Source: a virus | Direction: 5' to 3' (one strand) | DNA length: 64,000 bases | IMG/VR virus record: IMGVR_UViG_3300043570_002098 | Shown here: positions 44,300-53,704 of the stretch, piece by piece | Layout: every line of letters starts with the position of its first letter | Position numbering within the stretch: position 1 is the stretch's first letter | Position numbers and translations under genes: made by a program | Notes under the pieces: generated by a model | What the model saw: only the letters and a program-made list of their open reading frames with translations | Told to the model about the DNA's origin: nothing | The model's database searches: none

Positions 44300-45552
44300 T
44301 AGATTGTTTTTTCGTAACGATCACTCCATTGTTTATCTTCATCAAATAAATACATCACAATCTTTCCAGGTTTCTCAATACACTCTAAATTTACAGTAGT
44401 TTTATTATTTTCTAAATTCACATATTGTGGAGTCTCCTCAATTGTGAAATCTTTTCGATATAATTCAATTCCAGCATTTGTATGAATTGCAAACGTTAAA
44501 AACTTAGGATTTTTAAATTCAAACTTTTTGAAGAATTCTAAATCCCACTCTAAAGTCAAATCATATTTGTTTCTAATAAATTGAGCTTCCCAATCTGGCG
44601 GGTTTGGTGGTGTTTTAACTTTTAAAGTATAATCTTGAAGTAAACATTTTTTAAAATCAAAACCTCCATATACTTCATAGTCATGTAAAGATCTAACTTT
44701 ACCTAACCCATAATTTCCCATATCAATACCATATTCTTCTGTTCCGAATAGTTGACGTGTTTTGTTACGTGCAAATACGTCTCTTTCTCCACTTGTTTTC
44801 TTTGTTTCACTATTAACACCATGATCGTCCCAATGTTTAACACGATAGTTTCTTGTATATTCGTGCCACATAATCATACGATATGGACTATAGAAGTCAT
44901 AACCATTAGTAAATGCACGAACACTTAATGTAGTTTCTTCAGTATAACCACCAAAGTAGATATCTGGATCGTACGGAACTTCTTTTATAAATTTACCATA
45001 TGTAAAGTAGAAATGACCACTCATTGTTCTAGCCTTAATAACCTCAGTTCTTGTTTTATAATCTTGAATATACCAAGGCATACTCATTAATAATCTATCT
45101 CCACTAAATTCATATTGAGACATTAAACACGGAGTTGGAATCCATTTATCTTCGGATTCTTTCGGATTAAATGGAGTACAATACGTAGTTATAATTGGTT
45201 TTTTATCAAGTTTTTTCGCTTGTTTAAAATCTTCTAAAACCATAACATCCCAATCTTGAACAAATCTATGATGGGAATCAATTTGTAAAGTATACTCTTC
45301 ATCATCATATAATGTATTAGTGATGTGTCTAGCCCAACCTAAACCCTCACTTTCACTGTAGTGATGTTTACTAATTCTAAATTTTTCAATACCGTCAAAC
45401 ATTGTGATAGGTTCACTACTATCATATTGCCAACAAATACCGAATGTTAAATTTTGTGGATTTTTTGCCTTGTTAATCATATCCTCAATTGTAGGGACTA
45501 ACTCAGGATCTCTGTAAGATGCGATCTGTACGAAAATTTTACCTTTCTTCAT
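44299..45552 (-). CDS. GT60-like GlcNAc transferase (Skp1-hydroxyproline GlcNAc-transferase family)
   Basis: IFVQIASYRDPEL..TI, G.GWAR, LQIDSH.RF..DWD, EVPYDP..YF, EE..LSVRAFT.GYD.YSP. Confidence 0.85.
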   Translation of the reverse strand: MKKGKIFVQIASYRDPELVPTIEDMINKAKNPQNLTFGICWQYDSSEPITMFDGIEKFRISKHHYSESEGLGWARHITNTLYDDEEYTLQIDSHHRFVQDWDVMVLEDFKQAKKLDKKPIITTYCTPFNPKESEDKWIPTPCLMSQYEFSGDRLLMSMPWYIQDYKTRTEVIKARTMSGHFYFTYGKFIKEVPYDPDIYFGGYTEETTLSVRAFTNGYDFYSPYRMIMWHEYTRNYRVKHWDDHGVNSETKKTSGERDVFARNKTRQLFGTEEYGIDMGNYGLGKVRSLHDYEVYGGFDFKKCLLQDYTLKVKTPPNPPDWEAQFIRNKYDLTLEWDLEFFKKFEFKNPKFLTFAIHTNAGIELYRKDFTIEETPQYVNLENNKTTVNLECIEKPGKIVMYLFDEDKQWSDRYEKTI

Positions 45553-45658
45553 GTATAATTGATTTTTTTATAATATAAGAAAATAATGTGGAAAATAAAA
45601 GTCAATCAAATTTCTTTTTTAAATGTTTTTTGACTATTATTTATAAAGACAAATTTTA

Positions 45659-46030
45659 ATGATAATGAGTAAGATATACCAACCTATTGTAATCGAAATG
45701 GCTAATGACATCATCACCGATTTAACAGAAAGTGAGTTTTTTGCCGATTACGAGATTCAATCTACCGTATTTGCCGAGAAATACCTGTTAGATAAATTAA
45801 CTGAGAAGTTTATATTAGGTGAATTAGAAAATGAAGACGATGAATTCCTTGGAGTGTTCAATGATGACGAATTTGAGGTGGTTTTACGTGAAATCGTTGC
45901 TGGTAGTGTATTATATGAATTAAAAGAGAAAGGATTAGTTGACTCATATGAAGATGATACAACTGAGGAGATGTTTTTTCTTACAAAAAAGGGAAAACGA
46001 GTAATGAAGAAGAAAGACGGTTTACTCTAA
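45659..46030 (+). CDS. Hypothetical acidic protein (possible winged-helix C-terminus)
   Basis: L.ELKEKGLV...FFLTKKG. Confidence 0.6.
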   Translation: MIMSKIYQPIVIEMANDIITDLTESEFFADYEIQSTVFAEKYLLDKLTEKFILGELENEDDEFLGVFNDDEFEVVLREIVAGSVLYELKEKGLVDSYEDDTTEEMFFLTKKGKRVMKKKDGLL

Positions 46031-46362
46031 GAGTGTTTTATGATCAATTCACCCAAAACTTCAATTAAACCTACTAATTTTTGAAACTCAACTTGTTGGA
46101 TATCAACGGTTTCGGTTAATTTACACAATTTATCGAGATTTTCTTTAAATTCTGTTTTTGCCTCATCTAATTTGAACTTACCTTCAGATGCTTTCTTATA
46201 ATATGGTAATTTTACCTTAAAATGGTGGTATGTTAACATGGCAGAACCACCTTTTTTCTTAGAATCTTCAGTGATCTTGGTTGCACCCTTTAATCTCTTC
46301 TCCGAAAACTCGTCAAACCCGATTTTTTCCGATTCTACCAATAAATCACTAAATTTTATCAT
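46027..46362 (-). CDS. Hypothetical protein
   Basis: 111 aa, starts MIKFSDLLVE. Confidence 0.7.
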   Translation of the reverse strand: MIKFSDLLVESEKIGFDEFSEKRLKGATKITEDSKKKGGSAMLTYHHFKVKLPYYKKASEGKFKLDEAKTEFKENLDKLCKLTETVDIQQVEFQKLVGLIEVLGELIIKHS

Positions 46363-46688
46363 TTTTTCTTTTCTTCTATGGGTTGAGAGTATAGACTTCT
46401 CTTATAATTTCTAATTTTTTCCTTAACAAGAGATAACAATTTTTGTGAATTTGTTAAATTTGATGAAATCATTGAAATTCTTGATTTTGTAAGGTTTTGT
46501 AACCCTCCAGGGATTGAATCTTCCAATTTTCTCAATTCTCTAACCGTTTCATTAAGTGAATTTTGTAATTCTTCAATTTTAAACTGAACACGACTAAATT
46601 CATTACGAGAAACCTTGGAGGTTTGCTCCATTAAAACTTCATCTAATATGTTTTTTACCTGATTTTCGGTAATAATTATTTTTTCCAT
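46359..46688 (-). CDS. Coiled-coil protein with shared N-terminal ITExQ motif
   Basis: MEKIIITENQVKNIL...LMEQ. Confidence 0.7.
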   Translation of the reverse strand: MEKIIITENQVKNILDEVLMEQTSKVSRNEFSRVQFKIEELQNSLNETVRELRKLEDSIPGGLQNLTKSRISMISSNLTNSQKLLSLVKEKIRNYKRSLYSQPIEEKKK

Positions 46689-46696
46689 AAATTTTA

Positions 46697-46942
46697 CTAT
46701 AAACCAAAGTCTTTTTCTTCCTTATCAGTTAATTCTCCATCTCTTTTCATACCTTCTTTGATATACGTCCTAATTAATTTGGAAACGGTTTTATCTTGAT
46801 GATTAGCCACCTTTTCAATTTCTTTATAGTATGCTGGCACAACCCTGAAAGTCAACATCTTAATAAGTTGTTTGTGTTTAGGTTGAGACGTTTTTGTAGT
46901 TTCTCCTGATGCCTGCATTTCTTGGTATTTCTTAGAAGCCAT
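46697..46942 (-). CDS. Ribbon-helix-helix-like DNA-binding protein
   Basis: MLTFRV......IEKVA....TVSKLIRTYIKEG. Confidence 0.6.
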   Translation of the reverse strand: MASKKYQEMQASGETTKTSQPKHKQLIKMLTFRVVPAYYKEIEKVANHQDKTVSKLIRTYIKEGMKRDGELTDKEEKDFGL

Positions 46943-47014
46943 GTGTATATGTTTTTATATAAATATTTTGTATTACAAAAGAAAATCATTATATTATAAT
47001 ATAAATGATATTTT

Positions 47015-47374
47015 ATGTCTGAAGAGAAACCACAAGTAAATCCGGTCATCAAAGAAATTGAGGATAAGTACCCCGAAATGACCAAAGAATTCAAAAAAAT
47101 AATGAGAGATCAATATGAGACCTTTTGTAAAAAACAGTCTAATTATGGTCCCGATAACATCGCCTTAGGTAAGGATTTAAGTAAGGAGGAAGACCGTAAA
47201 TTGTCTCAAATGGGACTTTGGTTCCGTATGAACGATAAGATCCAAAGAATCAAACAACTCGTCGTTTTAGGGGTTCAGGACAACGTAGGGGAGGCGGTGG
47301 ACGACACTTACCAAGACTTATCAGTTTATTCTATCATTGCTCAATTAGTGAAGAATGGTAAATGGGGGAAATAA
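47015..47374 (+). CDS. Nucleotide-modification-associated domain protein (DUF1599-like)
   Basis: KKQSNYG, R.NDKIQRI, E...DTY.DL..Y.II. Confidence 0.7.
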   Translation: MSEEKPQVNPVIKEIEDKYPEMTKEFKKIMRDQYETFCKKQSNYGPDNIALGKDLSKEEDRKLSQMGLWFRMNDKIQRIKQLVVLGVQDNVGEAVDDTYQDLSVYSIIAQLVKNGKWGK

Positions 47375-47480
47375 ATAATTTCTAATAAATTGGATATGAG
47401 GGGGTTAAGTTTATAAAAACTTATCCCCTTTTCCATTTTTATAACAAAAATAAAGGTATTTATTAAAAACGAAAAGACTT

Positions 47481-47840
47481 ATGAATGTAAACATTAACCA
47501 TCCGTCGTTCATTTCATTTTTGGAGAACGTATCGGCGTCGATTTTATCTAATGTGACGATCAGTAATTACTTCTCCTTAAATCAAGATAAGAAATTAGGT
47601 GTTCAATACATGGTCTTAAAACTGATGAAAAATGCAGTTAAAGTAAGAGCCAAACTGACAGATTTAGAATTAAGGAGTTTCGTTAGTGTTCTTTGGAAGA
47701 AGAACGAAGAATCGGAGAATTATGAGTTTGCGGCAATTCTAAACGACATTGCTGAGAACTTTGACGCTGTTAATGATGTAACCTCAAAACCAACTAAAAG
47801 AACAACCAGAACGATTAAAGTAGATAAAAACAATGGCTAG
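47481..47840 (+). CDS. Hypothetical protein with UVR-like motif
   Basis: EESENYEFAAILND. Confidence 0.65.
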   Translation: MNVNINHPSFISFLENVSASILSNVTISNYFSLNQDKKLGVQYMVLKLMKNAVKVRAKLTDLELRSFVSVLWKKNEESENYEFAAILNDIAENFDAVNDVTSKPTKRTTRTIKVDKNNG

Positions 47841-48225
47841 AACTATCGACATAGGATCCAAAACATACTACGCAAAGCAAACTTTGAAGTGGTGTGAAAA
47901 GTATTTTGGTCTATGTGATAGAAAGAAGAGAAAGTTAATCTTTAAAGTAAGTGAAAGAAAAAGAAAATCGGGTAATTCTGACATTTATGGAAATTACTGT
48001 TTTTGGAGGAACACCATTACCTTATATCTACCAAATAACACCACCATACATGATATTGTTGCAACTATGATTCATGAATATACGCACTATTTACAATCAC
48101 GTACAAAATATAGAAATTACGAAAAAACTCATTACTATTCTCAAAATCCATTGGAGAAAGAAGCTAAACGTAATGAAGAAAAATATACCAATATGTGTTT
48201 AAAACACATTAAGAAGAATATGTAA
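47833..48225 (+). CDS. Zincin-like HExxH protein
   Basis: TMIHEYTHYLQ...NPLEKEA. Confidence 0.7.
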   Translation: MARTIDIGSKTYYAKQTLKWCEKYFGLCDRKKRKLIFKVSERKRKSGNSDIYGNYCFWRNTITLYLPNNTTIHDIVATMIHEYTHYLQSRTKYRNYEKTHYYSQNPLEKEAKRNEEKYTNMCLKHIKKNM

Positions 48226-48435
48226 TTATATTGTATCTTGTACAATCTCAGCTTCAGGAATTTCAATTAAAAAAAGAAGAGTATCGTCATTGTTAATTCT
48301 ACTTTTAACAACAATATCACATCTCCAATTTTCCTTTAAGTCATTTACATGACCATCTTTAATACGATCTTGTTTTATCTTTTTAAAGATATAATAAAGT
48401 TTATTTTGATAATTTACTAATTCTTTATTTAACAT
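48226..48435 (-). CDS. Hypothetical protein
   Basis: 69 aa, overlaps the upstream stop. Confidence 0.6.
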   Translation of the reverse strand: MLNKELVNYQNKLYYIFKKIKQDRIKDGHVNDLKENWRCDIVVKSRINNDDTLLFLIEIPEAEIVQDTI

Positions 48436-49093
48436 ATTTGAATTTAAAACCGGTTAATTTTTCTATATCTATTTTATCTACTTGATTATTATGAATACCA
48501 TCTGGTTTCGATGTATTATTATCAAATAAAAATGCCATCCATTCCTTAGTTTTTACTATGTAAATAACCTTCCAACATTTGGTTGGAACCGCAACTCTAC
48601 CAATTCTTTTTGCCACACCAATATTACCACACCATACTTTAACACTATCTTGTTGTTTTGATAACTCTCTTTCCATTGTTTCAACAGACTTCCAATCACC
48701 AGCATTTAAACTATGATATTGAGCTGCCATATTTGAGAAATAGAAACATTCGTCTTGAATTGCCGGTGTTTGACACAAATTTTCAGCTGCCGGCATCATA
48801 TGTCCTCTATCGGTTCCCGAACCTTTATAATCATTTAATAAATCAGTTTCAGATGGTAATTTTGGATCAGGTTTAAAATTGTCTTTTCTATCTAATGGTG
48901 TAGGACAACTAACTTTTGCTTTCGTAATCCACCACTCTACCATTACCGGATATTTTTTTGATTTAGAATAATGTGATGTGTAATTTGTATGTTTCAAAAC
49001 AACCACATCTTGTGCAAAAGTGAATACTGTGATTGTTAATAACATTAAAGTCATCAATGTAATACCCACATAAGAACCTAAATTTTTCCTCAT
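48425..49093 (-). CDS. Secreted DNA/RNA non-specific endonuclease (NucA/EndA-like)
   Basis: Signal peptide, DRGHMMPA, F.FSNM..Q...LN.G.W...E, VAVP...WKV. Confidence 0.9.
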   Translation of the reverse strand: MRKNLGSYVGITLMTLMLLTITVFTFAQDVVVLKHTNYTSHYSKSKKYPVMVEWWITKAKVSCPTPLDRKDNFKPDPKLPSETDLLNDYKGSGTDRGHMMPAAENLCQTPAIQDECFYFSNMAAQYHSLNAGDWKSVETMERELSKQQDSVKVWCGNIGVAKRIGRVAVPTKCWKVIYIVKTKEWMAFLFDNNTSKPDGIHNNQVDKIDIEKLTGFKFKYVK

Positions 49094-49641
49094 AAATTGT
49101 TTTCTATTAAATACCTGTAAATCTCCAAAGGAGTGTCATTATGAACACTAAATTCACTATAAGGTATGTTATTAACATCCAATGTTTGTTTAATGTCTTC
49201 GTCAATCTCTTGAGCCTCTTGTAGGCCTTGTAATCTACCATTTGTATCATATGTCTCATCATTTCTTTTTAATAATATGTTTATGTTGTCATATCTTTTA
49301 AATAAACTCCAAAGGAAATTACTTAAACCCGACATTGAGTAATGTGATGCTGGGTAACCCTCACCATATCGTTGTTCGTAAAAACAACCCAATACTATAG
49401 GTGAATCAACAATGATGTAGTCTACTTTACCATAAAGACGACTAATATTTCTGTGTTGATTTGCGGTAATGAAGAACTGATCCTTCAATTGAGACACATT
49501 TCCTTCCCACGCCACTTCTTTTGGGAACTCATATGTATATTCAACACTCATGTGGTGTTTTTTCATCTCTGTAAATAAACCTGACGCTTGGGTGGATTTA
49601 CCTATTCCAGGACCGCCGAAAAAATTAATTATCTTACTCAT
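49090..49641 (-). CDS. NadR/AAA_28-like P-loop kinase
   Basis: INFFGGPGIGKST, EFPKE..W, IIVDSPI. Confidence 0.75.
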   Translation of the reverse strand: MSKIINFFGGPGIGKSTQASGLFTEMKKHHMSVEYTYEFPKEVAWEGNVSQLKDQFFITANQHRNISRLYGKVDYIIVDSPIVLGCFYEQRYGEGYPASHYSMSGLSNFLWSLFKRYDNINILLKRNDETYDTNGRLQGLQEAQEIDEDIKQTLDVNNIPYSEFSVHNDTPLEIYRYLIENNL

Positions 49642-50309
49642 ATCTTACCTAATATTTCATTTGCAATATATTCATTACCTTCTTTATTTGGATGACCTAA
49701 CTCATCACAACTAAACCCTTTTTCTTTAATCATTTCTAAAATACCTGTTGTTAAAACATCTTTACCAAATCCAAAATCAATAAAACTATTCATATCTATC
49801 TCATTATAAATCGATCTAAATTTTATTGAGTTGTCTAATGGCATATAATTTAAAAAATAATATTTTATGTTTTCTTTCTTTAAAAATTCTTGTAATAAAA
49901 AAATATAGTGTAATGTATGTTCACTACCCATTGGTTCAAACTTTACTTGATATTCAACATTATCTTGTGGATTAACAAATTTAACTTCCCCATTTGGTAA
50001 ACAATGCATTCTCCTATTTGGTCCAGACCATTGTATAAAAACATAGTTTGGTTTTTTATTATATGTTATTAATTTAGTGAGTGATTCAATTGACGTATGG
50101 AAAATATAATCATTTCCCGCACCACACCTCGATTCATTTATATAAATGTTATTTTCGTTAATTATTGTATTTTCTGTAAATGAAAATAAATTTGAATTAA
50201 AAGAAACATATTCCTTTGATAAATTTTTCATAATTAAATTTACCCATACCTCTTCCTTTTCAACGCAATGACCAAATGTATGTGAACAACCATTAGAGTA
50301 GATAATCAT
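49638..50309 (-). CDS. SGNH-like protein
   Basis: NGCSHT, GAGND.I, IQWS...R, GHPN..G. Confidence 0.6.
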   Translation of the reverse strand: MIIYSNGCSHTFGHCVEKEEVWVNLIMKNLSKEYVSFNSNLFSFTENTIINENNIYINESRCGAGNDYIFHTSIESLTKLITYNKKPNYVFIQWSGPNRRMHCLPNGEVKFVNPQDNVEYQVKFEPMGSEHTLHYIFLLQEFLKKENIKYYFLNYMPLDNSIKFRSIYNEIDMNSFIDFGFGKDVLTTGILEMIKEKGFSCDELGHPNKEGNEYIANEILGKI

Positions 50310-50537
50310 ATCTTATAATATACATAAAAAAAGGGAGTTTGTGAAATCTCCCGTATATTAATTTATATAAGTTTATTTTGTCCCCCGACAACAAAAATAA
50401 ATAAGTTATATATTGTAAAAACACTCAAAAATAGGATGTCTATTTGTCAGGTAAAAATTAATTTGGGTTTTAATATCGACGGCCTTAAATAAATTCAATT
50501 TTTTATTTTAAATTAAACTATTTATAGAATTATTACT

Positions 50538-51164
50538 ATGGAACAACACACAATAGAATTGATTGGTATGGTTTTGGTTGCCGTTATTACGGCATTAGTT
50601 GGTCCAGCAGGACTTGAGTATGTGAAGGCTAAACTATCTAAACCTGTCTCAAAAGACATCGTCAAAGATGACATTGAAAGAAATTTGGTTATTTTTGATG
50701 AAATATCAGAAATTAGAGATATGTTAGATGCTGATAGAATTTGGATATCCCAATTTCACAATGGTGGTCATTTTCTTCACACTAATAAATCAATTCAAAA
50801 GTTTTCAATAACATATGAAGACGTTAAAGTTGGTGTTAGTAGTATTATTCATTTATTTACCGACATTCCACTATCGTTATATTCAAGATCAATGAATCAC
50901 ATTATGGAAAATAAACATTTGTGGATTTCCGATTTTAAAGATGACACCGTCGCAACTTATGGATTAAAGTCAGCAGCAGAAGCAACAGGGACTAATGCAT
51001 CGTATGTAGTTGGATTATTTGACATTGTAACGGATAAATGTATTGGTACCATGGGAATCGATTATAGAACTAAAAAGAAATTAACACAAACACAAAAAGA
51101 TTTTTTAATTGAGAGAGGTAGTCGTTTAGCTGGATATTTATCAGTATACCTTAAATCAAAGTAA
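50538..51164 (+). CDS. Single-TM protein with GAF-like domain (putative holin)
   Basis: N-terminal TM; ADRIWISQFHNGG, KFSITYE, IGTMGIDY. Confidence 0.5.
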   Translation: MEQHTIELIGMVLVAVITALVGPAGLEYVKAKLSKPVSKDIVKDDIERNLVIFDEISEIRDMLDADRIWISQFHNGGHFLHTNKSIQKFSITYEDVKVGVSSIIHLFTDIPLSLYSRSMNHIMENKHLWISDFKDDTVATYGLKSAAEATGTNASYVVGLFDIVTDKCIGTMGIDYRTKKKLTQTQKDFLIERGSRLAGYLSVYLKSK

Positions 51165-51170
51165 CACATT

Positions 51171-51536
51171 ATGAAAAAATATATATTCACGGAAAGTCAA
51201 ATTAAGAAGATCATTGACAATCAAATCGTAGAAAGTAAAGATCTACAAGAACAAACAATGGTTGATGATCAAAAAATGGCAATTAATGCGGGTACAAAAG
51301 CTTTCTTAGATGCTAAAAAAATTCAAGGTAAAGATTTAACAGATAGAATTAAACAATACCAATTATCTATCCCTAATTGTGAACCAACAGGTCATATGAT
51401 GGATTGTAAGGACATGTTACCTGAAAATGACAAAAAACTATGGCAATCACTTATAAATAAGAATAAACCTTTATTTGATAAGGCGTTAGATTGGTTCAAT
51501 AGTATGTTAGGATTAGGAACTGGTAGTGGTTATTAA
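51171..51536 (+). CDS. Hypothetical protein with shared N-terminal TExQ motif
   Basis: MKKYIFTESQIKKII...LQEQ. Confidence 0.7.
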   Translation: MKKYIFTESQIKKIIDNQIVESKDLQEQTMVDDQKMAINAGTKAFLDAKKIQGKDLTDRIKQYQLSIPNCEPTGHMMDCKDMLPENDKKLWQSLINKNKPLFDKALDWFNSMLGLGTGSGY

Positions 51537-51579
51537 AATATAATATAATATGAGTTATACCCAAATATTTTTTATGATA

Positions 51580-51612
51580 TTTGGGTTTTTCTTTTAATAT
51601 ACATTACCTTTG
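51580..51612 (+). promoter_or_regulatory. Bacteroidota-type promoter
   Basis: TTTG-N21-TACCTTTG upstream of 51636. Confidence 0.55.
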
Positions 51613-51635
51613 TGTCTTAATCAAAAAATAGATTT

Positions 51636-51989
51636 ATGTCAGAAGAGAAAAATGAGAAGAGATGTTCGGGTTGTAAAACACCGAAAACACTTGACAATTT
51701 TTACAAGAACAAATTGGTTTTAGACGGTCACAGTAACTACTGTATTGGGTGTACGAGAGAAAATTCAAGGAAATATTTTCAAAGAAAGAAGGAGAAACAA
51801 TCTAAAAGTGAAACCGATAGTTTAATTAAATTGGCTCTTTTTGGTGGTCAAACTAATGATGTTAGTACAACTGACGCGGATAGTTTAATGAAAGTTCTTA
51901 TGATTGAGAGGTTATTAAAGTCAGTTACAGAAGAACTATCAACCCTTAAGAAAAACCTAACAAGCTCAGATATGTTCATATCTCAATAA
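51636..51989 (+). CDS. Zinc-finger protein (CxxC...CxxC)
   Basis: KRCSGCK..K....FYK.....DG...YCIGC, a phage zinc-binding module. Confidence 0.7.
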   Translation: MSEEKNEKRCSGCKTPKTLDNFYKNKLVLDGHSNYCIGCTRENSRKYFQRKKEKQSKSETDSLIKLALFGGQTNDVSTTDADSLMKVLMIERLLKSVTEELSTLKKNLTSSDMFISQ

Positions 51990-52040
51990 TATACCCGTTT
52001 TTAAGTTGGTAAAAAGGTATTTATTATATATTTATGTAGT

Positions 52041-53675
52041 ATGAACATACAAGATTTAGTTTATGACGTTATAGTAGAAGAAGTTAAAAATAAGAAATTA
52101 TTTAACTTTCTATTAAACAAGTGGTTTGGTGCAACTCCGACCCCTGAACAGATTCAACAGGCTGAAAACGACTTAACTTTATTTACTGAAAAGCAAAAAA
52201 GTTTAACCATTAATAATCCGGCGGTCTATACATTTTTAATGAGACACGACGGTAATCATGGTTTACCCGCATTTGATCCATCTAAAATAATGGACATTAG
52301 TCAATATTCTTTAGAAGAAATTGAATCTTTGTTACACGAATTTAGAGATGCAGTATTAACTGCAGGTGATGAAGATGATTTTAAAGGTAAATTAATATCT
52401 GATGATAAGAAAGTTGCTGCGTCTAAAAAATTATGGTCAAGTGATAGAGACGTTGTTGTTAATGAAGAGGGTTTTAAAGTTCACTATGTTGCCGATGCTA
52501 GAGAAGCTATTAAATATGGATTTTACCAACAAGCAATGGCTCAATCTTATCAAGGACTTCAATGGTGTGTGACAGGTAGAAATACATCAGATTCTCGTTC
52601 TAATTTATGGGGAACATACAGACCAAAAAGAACGTTTTGGTTTGTTATGGATGAATCTAAAAATCCTAAAGATAATCCAAATAAAGAAGTTTACAGATAT
52701 TACATATGTGCATTACAATATTGTGAACGTGATCAAGGTTATACTGGTTTTAAAATGACTAGTATGTTAAATGATGGTGACAATCCTAAAACATGGGAAG
52801 AGGTTACTAAAATATATCCACAATTAGTGGAACATAGAGATAAGTTTGAATACGTTAAATACGATGAGGCTGAATTATTTGATAGAAGTGTAGCCAATAG
52901 ACTTACTGAGGGTGGGGGTAGACATGAGTTTGCCGCAGCAAGAAGAGAATTAAAAAAGGCTTATTTAGAAGGTGGAGGTATAGTATCAACTGAAAACTCT
53001 TGGAGAAGTATGGATACTAATCTTAGAAATATGTATATTTTAGCCACAACAGCAAGAGATGCAATAGATAAGTTTTCTTCATATGAATTAATGTCTACAA
53101 TTAAGAAAGTCGGTAATGAATTTAGACTATTAGATAATACACTTAAATCTTTAGGTTCAAGATTAGATCAACAGGGAAGAGTAAGTAATCAAAGTTTAGG
53201 TGATTTAGGTGTTGCGTTCATTTACCAACATTTAATGGAAAATGAATTTATTACTGCAAGAACAAGTATTGATAATCCTAAGATTAGATTGTATAAGAGT
53301 AAAAAGAATAAAAAGAAATTTGGTCTTTATCATTTAGGTAAGATTGATTGGGTTATTCACGACGGAATTAAATTTGAACCTGATTATACCGAATCATCAA
53401 CTATATTATATATTGACGATCAAGAAAAATCGTACTTAGTTGAAACATACGTAGTAGGTGAAAATGGTCCTATTGATAATCGTTCTCTTTATTGTGTTTA
53501 TCCGATCGATGAGGACAATGAACTGGCTGGTGGACACTTTATAGGTGCAAGACAATGGTCTGAATTAGAGGGTACTAAAATGCATCCTAAGGACGAAGAA
53601 AATGACGATGACGACTCAAGAAGATTTACAGATTTAAATCCTGAAACGGACGTAGATATTAAAGAAATATATTAA
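52041..53675 (+). CDS. Large hypothetical protein, WC-motif family
   Basis: A.KYG...QWCVT...W..Y...F.FV.D; related motif in 59312-61159. Confidence 0.6.
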   Translation: MNIQDLVYDVIVEEVKNKKLFNFLLNKWFGATPTPEQIQQAENDLTLFTEKQKSLTINNPAVYTFLMRHDGNHGLPAFDPSKIMDISQYSLEEIESLLHEFRDAVLTAGDEDDFKGKLISDDKKVAASKKLWSSDRDVVVNEEGFKVHYVADAREAIKYGFYQQAMAQSYQGLQWCVTGRNTSDSRSNLWGTYRPKRTFWFVMDESKNPKDNPNKEVYRYYICALQYCERDQGYTGFKMTSMLNDGDNPKTWEEVTKIYPQLVEHRDKFEYVKYDEAELFDRSVANRLTEGGGRHEFAAARRELKKAYLEGGGIVSTENSWRSMDTNLRNMYILATTARDAIDKFSSYELMSTIKKVGNEFRLLDNTLKSLGSRLDQQGRVSNQSLGDLGVAFIYQHLMENEFITARTSIDNPKIRLYKSKKNKKKFGLYHLGKIDWVIHDGIKFEPDYTESSTILYIDDQEKSYLVETYVVGENGPIDNRSLYCVYPIDEDNELAGGHFIGARQWSELEGTKMHPKDEENDDDDSRRFTDLNPETDVDIKEIY

Positions 53676-53704
53676 ATGAAAAAGGGACTATAAAGTCCCT
53701 TTTT

